Assembly (NCBI GenBank): GCA_035519565.1
Contig: DATIWD010000081.1
Coordinates: forward strand, 579-64,578
Source of the DNA: Gemmatimonadales bacterium
GTDB taxonomy: Bacteria; Gemmatimonadota; Gemmatimonadetes; Gemmatimonadales; GWC2-71-9
DNA: 64,000 bases
Reading direction: 5' to 3'
Shown: positions 41,044-49,304 of the stretch, one piece after another
How positions within the stretch are numbered: position 1 is the stretch's first letter
How the letters are laid out: every line of letters starts with the position of its first letter
Made by a program: the position numbers and the translations under genes
The notes under the pieces: generated by a model
Databases searched by the model: none
Seen by the model: the letters and a program-made list of their open reading frames with translations, nothing else
What the model was told of the DNA's origin: nothing

Positions 41044-42551
41044 CGTGATTCCTTTTGACGCATGGGGACCGCTCGCTCCGCGGTCATGATGTCCATCTCG
41101 TCCCGGCGCGCCAGCCGGGGCAGAGTGGGATCCCGCTCTCCAGCCGGCGTGAAGGTGACCGAGACCGCCTCCGGCAACAGATGGGCGATGGAGTTGGCGT
41201 AGTACTCCAGGAGCGGCCGTTGAGCGGGAAGGATAACGTACTCGGTTCCCTGTTCCACCAGGATCCGCCGCATCCGGAACATGCGCCAGGCGCGGTCCCA
41301 GACTTCGTCGACCGCCAGGTCGCGGCGCACCACCCGCGCGTTGAACTCGGTCAATCGGTCCCGCAGCTCATCGATCCGCTCCAGCAAACGGGCCCTGGGT
41401 ACCACGCTGGTATTGAAGGAAAGCAGCGCGGCCGAACAGAGCGGCACCGGCGTCACCGGGATCACCTGGCCGATCCGCTCCAGGGTCAGCTCCGCCAATT
41501 GCTGCACGTGCGGGAGGCGCTGGTCCTTGGGCATCTGCAGCAGGTCGGAAGGTTGAGTCGCCAGCCAGGCCCGGACCGAGACCGGCGTTCCCAGGCTCAC
41601 CGCCACCCGTCCATAGCGCCGGAGCCGCCCCGTGAAAAACCTGAGGAGGTTGGACCACAGATAGGCTGCGACGCCTCCGAGCTGCCGCCAGCGGGAGAGT
41701 GGCTTGACCCCGATCACACGCTCCCGGATCAGAGAGCGATCCTCCAGTACCCGGTCGTAATTGATCCCCACCGGGATCAGCCAGATGTCATGGGCGAAGG
41801 TAGGGTCGTTCATGGTGCGGAGGATGTAGTCGATGAGCCCGATCTTCGGCGGTCGCAGCGCCCCGTCCCGGGAGAGGCCACCCTCCGGAAAGATCCCCTG
41901 GGTCACCCCGTTCCGGGTGATCAGCTGCACATAGCGCTCGAGCACCGCGTGATAGAGCGGCTCGCGATAGCGGCGGCGGATGAAGTAGCTGCCGAAGCTC
42001 TTGAACACGTACTCCAGTGGCCAGACGCGCGCCCACTCACCCACCGCGTAGCTGATGCTCACCACCCGGGCGAGCACGTAGGCCACGACCACGTAGTCGG
42101 CGTTGCTCCGGTGGTTCATGAGGTAGACCACCATGTCCTCGCGAGGGACACGGCCCAGTGCCTCCCGGTCCTGGTACTCGATCGAGGCCTTGTAGAGCAG
42201 GTTGATGAGGAAGCGACTCAGGTTGTAGCCGATCCGGTAGTAGGAGAGCACGTTGAAGAAGGGGACGATCTCGTCGATGTACTCGTTGACCAGGCGACGT
42301 ACCTCGCCGTCGGTCATCGGATGCTCGCGCTGGTGCTGCGCCATCGCCTCGAGCACCAGGGGATCCTGGAGGAGCTGCTCCCGGATGATGTCCCGCTTCA
42401 CCAGCTTGTAGCGGTCCAGGCGGGCCTGGAACTGGTGGATCGCTCGGAGGGCGGAGCGGCGCAGCCTCTCTTGCAACGCGACGGCGAGGGCCGCCGCCAG
42501 CACCAGCCCTGCCAGGGCGATCCCCGCGATCCACCAGACCCGTTCGTTCAT
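41040..42551 (-). CDS. PlsB/PlsC-like glycerolipid acyltransferase with N-terminal TM anchor
   Basis: It has an N-terminal anchor (VWWIAGIALAGLVLAAALAVAL), an H(X)4D motif (NHRSNADY) and FPEGGLSRDG. There are 4-nt overlaps at both ends. Confidence 0.8.
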   Translation of the reverse strand: MNERVWWIAGIALAGLVLAAALAVALQERLRRSALRAIHQFQARLDRYKLVKRDIIREQLLQDPLVLEAMAQHQREHPMTDGEVRRLVNEYIDEIVPFFNVLSYYRIGYNLSRFLINLLYKASIEYQDREALGRVPREDMVVYLMNHRSNADYVVVAYVLARVVSISYAVGEWARVWPLEYVFKSFGSYFIRRRYREPLYHAVLERYVQLITRNGVTQGIFPEGGLSRDGALRPPKIGLIDYILRTMNDPTFAHDIWLIPVGINYDRVLEDRSLIRERVIGVKPLSRWRQLGGVAAYLWSNLLRFFTGRLRRYGRVAVSLGTPVSVRAWLATQPSDLLQMPKDQRLPHVQQLAELTLERIGQVIPVTPVPLCSAALLSFNTSVVPRARLLERIDELRDRLTEFNARVVRRDLAVDEVWDRAWRMFRMRRILVEQGTEYVILPAQRPLLEYYANSIAHLLPEAVSVTFTPAGERDPTLPRLARRDEMDIMTAERAVPMRQKESR

Positions 42552-43606
42552 GCCGGTGCGCTGGGGGGGGTGAGCACCCCGGGGTGGCCCTCCAGCTTGG
42601 CTTGTTGATAGGCCATCCCCTCGAGGCGGATGACCCGCTCGCGAATCGGCGGATGGGATCCGAAGACGTCTCCGACCACGCCCGGTCGTTCCGACGCGGG
42701 GCGCCCCAACGCGTCCACAATACAGAGATGAGCGGCGCCGTGGGTGATCGTGGTAGTGGGTCCGGTGGCCCCATCCAGCTTTTCGAGGGCACTCGCCAGC
42801 GCCATCGGGTTGCGGGTGAACTGCGCGCCGGTCGCATCGGCCAGGAATTCGCGCTTCCGGCTCACCGCCATGGCCAGCAGCTGGGAGAGGATCGGTGCGA
42901 CCACCAGCGAGAGCAGCCAGGCCACCAGAACGATCAACGCGAGCGGATTACCCTTGCGATCCCCTCCGCTCCGGCCGCCACCACTCGAGCTACCGCTCCT
43001 CACATAGGCCCCACCGCGGAGCATCCGGCCCATTCCGTCCGACATCAGCGCGATCGCCCCCACCATCGCGGCCAGCAGGGTCATCAACCGGGTATCGAGG
43101 TTTCTCACGTGGGCCATTTCGTGGGCAACCACACCCTGCAGCTCGTCCCGGTTGAGGGTTCGAAGCAGACCCTCGGTTACCGCGATGCTGGCGTGCTGGG
43201 GGTCGATCCCGGTGGCGAACGCGTTGGGATCGGAGTCGGGCACGATCCAGATGCGCGGACGCGGCAGACCCGAGGCGACCGCCATCTCTTCCACCACGTT
43301 GACCAGCTGCTGCTGGGCCGGGTCAACCGCCTCGATGATTTCCCAGGCCCCGGTGGCCCAGAGCACCCGGCCCGCGCCGTAGCGCCAGGAATACCAGCAG
43401 AGGCCGGTCGCAAATGAGGTGGTGAGGAGGCCGATCCAGGGAATGATGTGATGATAGGCTTCGGGTGGGGCGCCTTCGGTTTGCAGATAGAAAGCCCAGT
43501 CGCCGCCGAAGCCAACCCAGGCGAAGAGCAGGATGAAGCCGGCGAGCAGCCAGAAGGAGCGGCGGCGATTGGACTCTTGTTGTGCGAAGAGATTCGAATC
43601 GCTCAC
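42548..43606 (-). CDS. M48-family (HtpX-like) membrane zinc metallopeptidase
   Basis: It has the HEXXH motif in VVAHEMAHVRNLD, four hydrophobic segments, and a downstream REFLADA (third-ligand Glu region). Confidence 0.85.
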   Translation of the reverse strand: MSDSNLFAQQESNRRRSFWLLAGFILLFAWVGFGGDWAFYLQTEGAPPEAYHHIIPWIGLLTTSFATGLCWYSWRYGAGRVLWATGAWEIIEAVDPAQQQLVNVVEEMAVASGLPRPRIWIVPDSDPNAFATGIDPQHASIAVTEGLLRTLNRDELQGVVAHEMAHVRNLDTRLMTLLAAMVGAIALMSDGMGRMLRGGAYVRSGSSSGGGRSGGDRKGNPLALIVLVAWLLSLVVAPILSQLLAMAVSRKREFLADATGAQFTRNPMALASALEKLDGATGPTTTITHGAAHLCIVDALGRPASERPGVVGDVFGSHPPIRERVIRLEGMAYQQAKLEGHPGVLTPPSAPA

Positions 43607-44175
43607 GCCGGCGGCTTGTTCATCGACAGGTCGACCTGCGGCACCGCCCGCTCGCCGGCATCCTCGATCTCCCAGAGCTCGGCGGGGCTCGCCTTGGCCA
43701 GGCCGGCCAGCAGATTGGTCGGAAACTGCGCCTGCTTGGTGTTGTACTCGGTGGCCACGTCGTTATAGAACTGGCGGGCGAAACCGATCTTGTTTTCGGT
43801 GCTGGTGAGCTCTTCCTGCAGTTGCGCCACGTTCCCCGTGGCCTTCAGCTGAGGGTAGGCCTCGGTCAGGGCGAAGAACCGTCCCAACGCCTGGGTGAGC
43901 TCGCCTTCCGCTTGCGCTGTCGCCTTCACGCCCGTGGCACTCACCGCCTTGTTCCGAGCCGCGATCACCGCCTCGAGCGTGCTCTTCTCGAAATCCATCG
44001 CCCCTTTGACGGTGTTGACCAGATTGGGGATCAGGTCGTGGCGGCGCTTGAGCTGAACGTCGATCTGCTTCCAGCCGTTCACCACCTGATTCTTGAGGCC
44101 GATCAGGCGATTGTAGGCGCCCACCACCCACAAGGCCACCACCACGAGGACGACCAGGAAGATGATGCCGGACAT
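43603..44175 (-). CDS. lemA: LemA family protein
   Basis: It has an N-terminal anchor, then YNRLIGLKNQVVNGWKQIDVQLKRRHDLIPNLV and ARQFYNDVATEYN, a canonical LemA pattern. Confidence 0.88.
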   Translation of the reverse strand: MSGIIFLVVLVVVALWVVGAYNRLIGLKNQVVNGWKQIDVQLKRRHDLIPNLVNTVKGAMDFEKSTLEAVIAARNKAVSATGVKATAQAEGELTQALGRFFALTEAYPQLKATGNVAQLQEELTSTENKIGFARQFYNDVATEYNTKQAQFPTNLLAGLAKASPAELWEIEDAGERAVPQVDLSMNKPPA

Positions 44176-44190
44176 GGGATTCCTTCCGAG

Positions 44191-44883
44191 TTACGGGTGG
44201 GACGGGCTCCCCCGTGGCTCTTCCTCTCCCTCCGGGAGAAGACCGGCCAGGGCATGGCGGAACTGCGCGACCAGGGCCGAATCGTTGGTCGCACGATGAA
44301 AGAGAGGATGGCGCTCGTCCACCAGCAACTCCACCCCCGGGGCCAGCGGTACTCGACGGCAGATCTGGCCGGCCGGGTCTCGTGCGGCGCCCTCTGCGGC
44401 GCGCGTCACCCGCTGGAGGCGGCCCTGCAGCGCCCGCCCCACCTTCCCGCTCGGACCCCCCGGCCCCAGCGCGAGCGTCAGTCTCGAGGGCGCCGGGAGG
44501 GCGGCCCCGAGCGCGCCGGCGACCCGGCGCTCGACCACGTCTCCCGCCAGCCCCGCCAACTCCTTCACGATGGTCTCCAGGGTGGCGCCTTCCATCTGGC
44601 GGAGTTTGATGGCCAGCACCTGGAGCAGGTGGCGGTAACTGTAGATCGCGGCGGTGCCCCGTCCTTCGGGCGGGCTCACCAGTCCCCGGGTCACATAGAA
44701 CCGGATGGTCCGCTCGGTTGGACGGGCGCGGGCTGCGGCGTTGACCGGGAAGATCCCGGAAGCGTCGAGGATGGCTGAGGCAAGGGCCACCAGGTCCCGG
44801 AGGCGCCATGGGGCCAGCGCCGAATATTCCCGGAGCGTCCCGAGTGGATCAGCGGCGGAAGTCGGTGGCGCGGCCGTGGTCAC
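44191..44883 (-). CDS. MerR-like HTH protein
   Basis: TERTIRFYVTRGLVSPPEGRGTAAIYSYRHLLQVLAIKLRQ matches the MerR HTH/wing pattern (TIRYYxxxGLL...Y). The GTG start overlaps the receiver gene stop (GTGA at 44880-44883). Confidence 0.6.
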   Translation of the reverse strand: MTTAAPPTSAADPLGTLREYSALAPWRLRDLVALASAILDASGIFPVNAAARARPTERTIRFYVTRGLVSPPEGRGTAAIYSYRHLLQVLAIKLRQMEGATLETIVKELAGLAGDVVERRVAGALGAALPAPSRLTLALGPGGPSGKVGRALQGRLQRVTRAAEGAARDPAGQICRRVPLAPGVELLVDERHPLFHRATNDSALVAQFRHALAGLLPEGEEEPRGSPSHP

Positions 44884-45287
44884 TGGCCGCCGCCTGACGC
44901 TTCAAGGGGCGGGCGCCCGTGCTGCTCTATCACCGACGCCACGGTGTCCATCAACTCGTCGAGCTGGAACGGCTTCACCAATACCGGGCATCCCTGCAGC
45001 TCCTCCGGCCATTCGGACACCGCCAACCCCGGATCGCCCGACATGAAGACCAGCCGGCTTCGCAGGTTGGGCCAGCGTCTGATCAGCGCCAGGGCCAGGG
45101 CGGAGCCGGAAAGCTGCGGCAGGATCAGGTCCACCAGGATCGCGTCCACCGACAGGTCGGCCAGCACCGCGTAGGCCGATTCTCCGCTCGCCACGGTAAT
45201 CGCCTCGTAGCCGCTCCGCCGCAGCGCCCGCTCCAGGGCGCTCCGGATCTGCGGCTCGTCGTCGACCACCAGTACCCGGTAGGTCAT
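44880..45287 (-). CDS. Single-domain response regulator (CheY-like)
   Basis: ATG at 45287 gives MTYRVLVVDDEPQIR...ILVDLILPQLSG...VLVKPF. The 89 upstream codons of tracked ORF 44880..45554 overlap the AraC-like gene. There is an ATGA overlap at 45284-45287. Confidence 0.85.
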   Translation of the reverse strand: MTYRVLVVDDEPQIRSALERALRRSGYEAITVASGESAYAVLADLSVDAILVDLILPQLSGSALALALIRRWPNLRSRLVFMSGDPGLAVSEWPEELQGCPVLVKPFQLDELMDTVASVIEQHGRPPLEASGGGQ

Positions 45288-46027
45288 GACGCCGCCTGCT
45301 GGAGCGGGGGGAAGTAGCGGGTCACGACTTCCCGCATCGCGTCTTCCGGCGTAAGCGAGATCCGGAGCTCCCCGGCCGGCAGACCGAAGACCTCCTTGAA
45401 GTGCTGCTGAAGGGTCCGGGCCTTCCCGTAGCCCAGCTTCATCGCCACGTCCTCGATCGTGTAGCCCGGATCGAGCAGCAGCCGGTGGGCGTAGAGCAGG
45501 CGGGCCAGCATCAGCACGACCCGCGGCGAGGGGAGCTGGGAGCGCGCGCACCACCGGTCGAAGGTCCGGCGGTTGACTCCCGCTTGATGGGCCAGCTGGT
45601 CTACGGTCAGGTCGGCAGTGGGCTGGCTCAGCGCGCTCTCCAGGACCGCCCGCACCCGATCGGAGAGACCGTGGAGCGCGTCGGCCAGGCCGTTGATCAC
45701 CTGCCAGAGAGTCGAGCAGCTCAGCTCGTCCCGGAGCACGGCCCGGAGGGTGAGCGGATCGTCGTCGATCCGCGCGAAGATGGCCCGCCGGATTCCGGTC
45801 CGCCCCAATGTAAGGAGAATCCCCGCCATCGCCGGCACCAGCGTGGTATACAGCACCACTGGCAGCGAGGGGAATTGAATCCGCAGGCTTTCGATCTCCC
45901 GGGAGCGGGGCTGCCCGGTGAGCATCGGGTCAACGACCGCCAGGGCTACCGGCCGGCTCCGGATCACCTGAAACAAGTCGGCCCAGTCCGACACCTCCAA
46001 AAACACGTAGCGATCCGGCTCGAGCAT
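45284..46027 (-). CDS. AraC-family transcription regulator with receiver-like N-terminal domain
   Basis: The C-terminus has a double HTH (VDQLAHQAGVNRRTFDRW... and IEDVAMKLGYGKARTLQQHFKEVFG). The N-terminus looks CheY-shaped (ALAVVDPML...LPVVLYT). I prefer the ATG at 46027 (MLEPDRYVF). The ORF track starts at 46168, inside an AT-richer promoter-like stretch. Confidence 0.75.
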   Translation of the reverse strand: MLEPDRYVFLEVSDWADLFQVIRSRPVALAVVDPMLTGQPRSREIESLRIQFPSLPVVLYTTLVPAMAGILLTLGRTGIRRAIFARIDDDPLTLRAVLRDELSCSTLWQVINGLADALHGLSDRVRAVLESALSQPTADLTVDQLAHQAGVNRRTFDRWCARSQLPSPRVVLMLARLLYAHRLLLDPGYTIEDVAMKLGYGKARTLQQHFKEVFGLPAGELRISLTPEDAMREVVTRYFPPLQQAAS

Positions 46028-46087
46028 CCGGAGACGGTGGATTTGGGGGGCTGGCAACGCAGCCAAAACCTGAACTTGTCTCAATTG

Positions 46088-46116
46088 GGGCCTAAAATGT
46101 CCAAAAATGGGCCTAA
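46088..46116. promoter_or_regulatory. Direct repeat GGGCCTAA x2 spaced 21 bp in a divergent promoter; candidate AraC-type operator
   Basis: GGGCCTAA is at 46088-46095 and again at 46109-46116. They sit in the AT-richer gap between the AraC-like gene and the small lipoprotein gene. Confidence 0.3.
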
Positions 46117-46186
46117 CGACGCGCCTGGACTCGCCAGATGTTGGACTCCCGCCAATGCGGGTACACACTCATCAGGAGGCTGGTCC

Positions 46187-46318
46187 ATGTCACGCCGCCG
46201 TCAGATCATCGCACTTCTTCTCGTGACGCTTCCCCTGGTCGCCGCAGCCTGCACTGATCCGAGCGGCCCCAATCTCACTCCCAACTTCGAGCAGCAGGGG
46301 AGCGAGACCCATCACTAG
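46187..46318 (+). CDS. 43-aa putative lipoprotein
   Basis: A perfect AGGAGG (46174-46179) lies 7 nt before the ATG at 46187. The product is MSRRRQIIALLLVTLPLVAAAC|TDPSGPNLTPNFEQQGSETHH, with a signal peptide and a Cys at a lipobox-like position. It is embedded in tracked shadow ORF 45401..46318. Confidence 0.55.
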   Translation: MSRRRQIIALLLVTLPLVAAACTDPSGPNLTPNFEQQGSETHH

Positions 46319-47616
46319 GTAGTACCGGCCTGCTCGGCGTAACGCCGCAGGCCGGCCGCGACCTCGGCCAGTGCCGGCGTCTCCAACAACTCGACCCGTG
46401 CCGTTGGGGTCGGGGCTGCGACCGTCGGAGCCTCGTCGAGTCGCTCGAGTGTTCGCTCGATCCTGAAGTACCATTCGTTCAGCTGGTGACGCTCCGCGAG
46501 CGCCATGGCCTCGCGGAGCTCCCGGCGCGCCTGCGTCTGCTGCCCGAAGTGGGCCAGGCCCAGGCCCTGCTTGTATCGGAAGTCGACCGCCATCGAGGGC
46601 GGCATCTTGGCTTCGAAGCTCCGTGCCGCCTGGCGCCGGCGCTCGAAGGCGATCCGGTCCCCTTCAGCCGCCTCGAGCTCCATGAGCTCCACGGCCGCGT
46701 TGGCCTTCACGTTGAAGCTCGCCCGGGAGTCCAGCACGATCTCGAAGGCCTGACGCGCCACGTCGTTGACACCGAGCGCGCGGAGAGACACCGCCACGTC
46801 ACCAAGAGCCCGGCAGCGGGTCACGTAATCCGGGGCGTATTCGAAGGCCCGATACTGGGCGACCAGCGAGTCGAGCTGCTGCCCCTGCACCGCCAGAATC
46901 GCCCCCAGGTCGGCGTAGGCCCGGCCGAGCACCTCGGGAAGATCCAGGGGCGTCGCGTCGGCAATCACTCCATCCACCGCCAACCGCGCCGCCGGCAGAT
47001 TGCCCTGACCGCGCATCACATTCGCTCTGCCCAGCCGCGACAGCAGTACTGACCGCTCATCCCCCAGAACGCGAGCCGCCTGCTCGGCGGCGGAATAGGC
47101 GTCGTTCGCCCGGTTCCAGCGGGCCAGGCGCCGGTTGAGCCGGGCGATTTCGAGCGCCAACCGGGGGCTTTCCTCCAGTGGAACCGAGGCTCCGAAGGTG
47201 CGCGCGGCCTGGCTCACCAGGTCGAGTGCCTCTTCATAGCGGCCTTCGTGCTCCAGGTAGTAGGCGAAGGCGCTCAGGCTCATCCTGAGTGTCGCCGGCC
47301 GATTGGAGGGCGGGTGATTGAGCGCCCGCACCAGTCCGCGGAGGTGCTCGGAGTCCGGCAGATCGTCGGGAAGCTCGTCGAGATAGCGCCGAACCCCCTG
47401 CAGCTGCCACTGGAACGACTCCCGGTCCTCCTCGGTGCCGGGAAGCCGGTCCAGCCGGTCGATCAGCCGTTGCACCAGATATCCGGCCAGGCAGACGCGA
47501 CTCGAGGTTTCCCGACCTCGTTCCAGTTCTTCACGGGCGCGGTCAAGAAATGCGGCATGGCCCAACCAATCCTCGGGGCCTGCGGTCGACTCGATGAGTT
47601 GGCGGGGACTGTACAA
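46315..47616 (-). CDS. TPR-like repeat protein, unknown function
   Basis: 433 aa and all-helical, with repeated A..Y/A..A patterns (EALDLVSQAARTF, YAFEYAPDY, ALGDVAVSL). Its stop overlaps the lipoprotein stop (CTAG at 46315-46318). Confidence 0.6.
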   Translation of the reverse strand: MYSPRQLIESTAGPEDWLGHAAFLDRAREELERGRETSSRVCLAGYLVQRLIDRLDRLPGTEEDRESFQWQLQGVRRYLDELPDDLPDSEHLRGLVRALNHPPSNRPATLRMSLSAFAYYLEHEGRYEEALDLVSQAARTFGASVPLEESPRLALEIARLNRRLARWNRANDAYSAAEQAARVLGDERSVLLSRLGRANVMRGQGNLPAARLAVDGVIADATPLDLPEVLGRAYADLGAILAVQGQQLDSLVAQYRAFEYAPDYVTRCRALGDVAVSLRALGVNDVARQAFEIVLDSRASFNVKANAAVELMELEAAEGDRIAFERRRQAARSFEAKMPPSMAVDFRYKQGLGLAHFGQQTQARRELREAMALAERHQLNEWYFRIERTLERLDEAPTVAAPTPTARVELLETPALAEVAAGLRRYAEQAGTT

Positions 47617-47779
47617 GGGATCCTCTGGGTTCGATTCGAGGCCGTACCCGGGTGGACTGTCGCTAGTATGGCCTGAGGGTCACTGGTCGGCAAGGCCTGT
47701 GCCCCCAGCAGCGTCCTTCGGCTCCACTCCGCGCGAATGCGATACCGTAACCTGGGTCACAGCATCGCATTCTTGCCTC

Positions 47780-48208
47780 ATGTCGCGCGGCTTCAGTCTG
47801 CTCGAATTGCTCCTGATCCTGACCCTGGTGGGTATCCTTGCCGGGCTCGCCTACCCTCGTGCAGTGGACACCATCGATCGGGCGTCGGTCGAGCGCGCGA
47901 CCAGGGAGCTGGTGGCCGCGCACACCCGCGCCCGAATGAACGCCGTGGTGGAGAGTCGCATCGGCTTGTTGTACGTGAGCGGCGACTCCGTCGTCCTGAA
48001 GATGGTGATCGGTTCCGATACGGTGACTCGATGGCGCACACCGGGACCGGGTGCCCTAGGGATTTCCCTGAGTGGCCCCAGTCGGCCACTCCGGTTTCTC
48101 CCGACCGGCGTCACCTTCGGCGCATCCAACGCGACATTCGTGTTGTCGAGAGGCGGATGGAGCAGGCGAGTCGTGGTTTCGCGATGGGGCCGGGTCAGGG
48201 TCCAGTGA
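47780..48208 (+). CDS. Prepilin-type N-terminal cleavage/methylation domain protein (GspH/FimT-like pseudopilin)
   Basis: ATG at 47780 gives MSRGFSLLELLLILTLVGILAGLAYP, the class-III signal with the conserved Glu. The upstream 115 codons of tracked ORF 47435..48208 are non-coding-like. Confidence 0.8.
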   Translation: MSRGFSLLELLLILTLVGILAGLAYPRAVDTIDRASVERATRELVAAHTRARMNAVVESRIGLLYVSGDSVVLKMVIGSDTVTRWRTPGPGALGISLSGPSRPLRFLPTGVTFGASNATFVLSRGGWSRRVVVSRWGRVRVQ

Positions 48209-48232
48209 GCCCGCCGGCCGGACCCCCCATCC

Positions 48233-48811
48233 TCAGTGGGCGCCGGCCGAATCCGGACGGAAGTGCAAGTCGATGTGGACCTGGATGTCGGGATACATCT
48301 TGAGCACACCGAGAAACTTGGTGAGCCCCCCGATCTTGTAGTCCTTCAGGTTGAGCGGGAAATCGGAGTGGAGGTGGATCCCCTCGGGAAGGAACGCCAC
48401 CCACGCGGGCAGGTTCACCTGGCGGGAGACGCCGTGGATCTGGAACGTGCCGTGCATGGTGATGGTGGCGCTATCGGTGCTCTCCGCTCCCACCGTCACG
48501 CCCTCGAGATCGAAACGAATCGTCGGAAATTGCTCCGACTCCATCGACTTGTTCATGTCCCGGTCCCGGTGGTCGTTGCCGGTCTTGAGAGTCTTGACCG
48601 GCGTCTCCGCCCACCCCAGGACATCGGCCAGTCCGCCGCCGCCGGCGATCTCACCAGTCACCACCTGCGTGGCGCCGACGAAATCGCCCACCGAAGCGTG
48701 GCCGTCGAAGCTGAGGGTACCGGAATCCACCACGGCCCGGGGAATGGGTCGCTGCGCCTCGACACCGCTCGCCCCTGCCAGAAGCAGGGTGGCCCAAAGC
48801 AGAAGCCGCAT
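48233..48811 (-). CDS. YceI-family periplasmic protein
   Basis: It has a signal peptide (MRLLLWATLLLAGASGVEAQ), SFDGHASVGDF...TMHGTFQIHGVSRQVNLP, and a lipocalin-like strand pattern typical of YceI. Confidence 0.75.
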   Translation of the reverse strand: MRLLLWATLLLAGASGVEAQRPIPRAVVDSGTLSFDGHASVGDFVGATQVVTGEIAGGGGLADVLGWAETPVKTLKTGNDHRDRDMNKSMESEQFPTIRFDLEGVTVGAESTDSATITMHGTFQIHGVSRQVNLPAWVAFLPEGIHLHSDFPLNLKDYKIGGLTKFLGVLKMYPDIQVHIDLHFRPDSAGAH

Positions 48812-48832
48812 ACGGTTTCCCGGTCGCCTGTC

Positions 48833-49258
48833 TCAGGTCCCGCGGCGACCACGGGCGCGGCCATCGCTACCCAGACTGTACTTGCGGACCTTGGCCAGAA
48901 GCGTCGATCGGGCGATGCCAAGCAGCTGAGCGGTCCGGCGCTTGTTGCCGCCGGTGTACTCGAGAGCCCTGGCAATGTGGCGGCGCTCGGCGTCCTCCAG
49001 CGACTCGGGGGGGACCGGATCGCCCGGGGCCATGGCCTTGCGGAGCGCGCCCAAATCGAGGCCCGGGACCCCCAGGCCGAGGATCAGGACGTCCAGGCCG
49101 GGGACTTCCAGCGCGCGGACCGCCTCCCTGCCATCCGACACCTGAACCACCCGCTGCCCGGTCTCCCGGAGCACACCGGTGACGCGCTGAGCGCGCTTCG
49201 GATCATCGTCCATCAACAGGAAATGCGAAGCGCTCATGGGGACGAAGGTAATGGTCAA
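48833..49258 (-). CDS. Truncated receiver fragment fused directly to a Fis-type HTH (NtrC-like without the AAA+ core)
   Basis: LLMDDDP...[14 protein letters not shown] has Gly at the acceptor position. The C-terminus has [37 protein letters not shown], an HTH_8/Fis-type motif. The TTG start is preceded by AAGGAG. Confidence 0.7.
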   Translation of the reverse strand: MTITFVPMSASHFLLMDDDPKRAQRVTGVLRETGQRVVQVSDGREAVRALEVPGLDVLILGLGVPGLDLGALRKAMAPGDPVPPESLEDAERRHIARALEYTGGNKRRTAQLLGIARSTLLAKVRKYSLGSDGRARGRRGT

Positions 49259-49304
49259 CCTGACTCCTTGCTCCTAAGTTTGCCCCAGTGACCGATCGGT
49301 ATCC

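Noticed and set aside
47627-47637. tRNA-like T-loop sequence GGGTTCGATTC upstream of the pseudopilin gene
   Set aside because: The flanking bases cannot form a T-stem or acceptor stem. There is no anticodon arm and no integrase nearby. It is a coincidental match.
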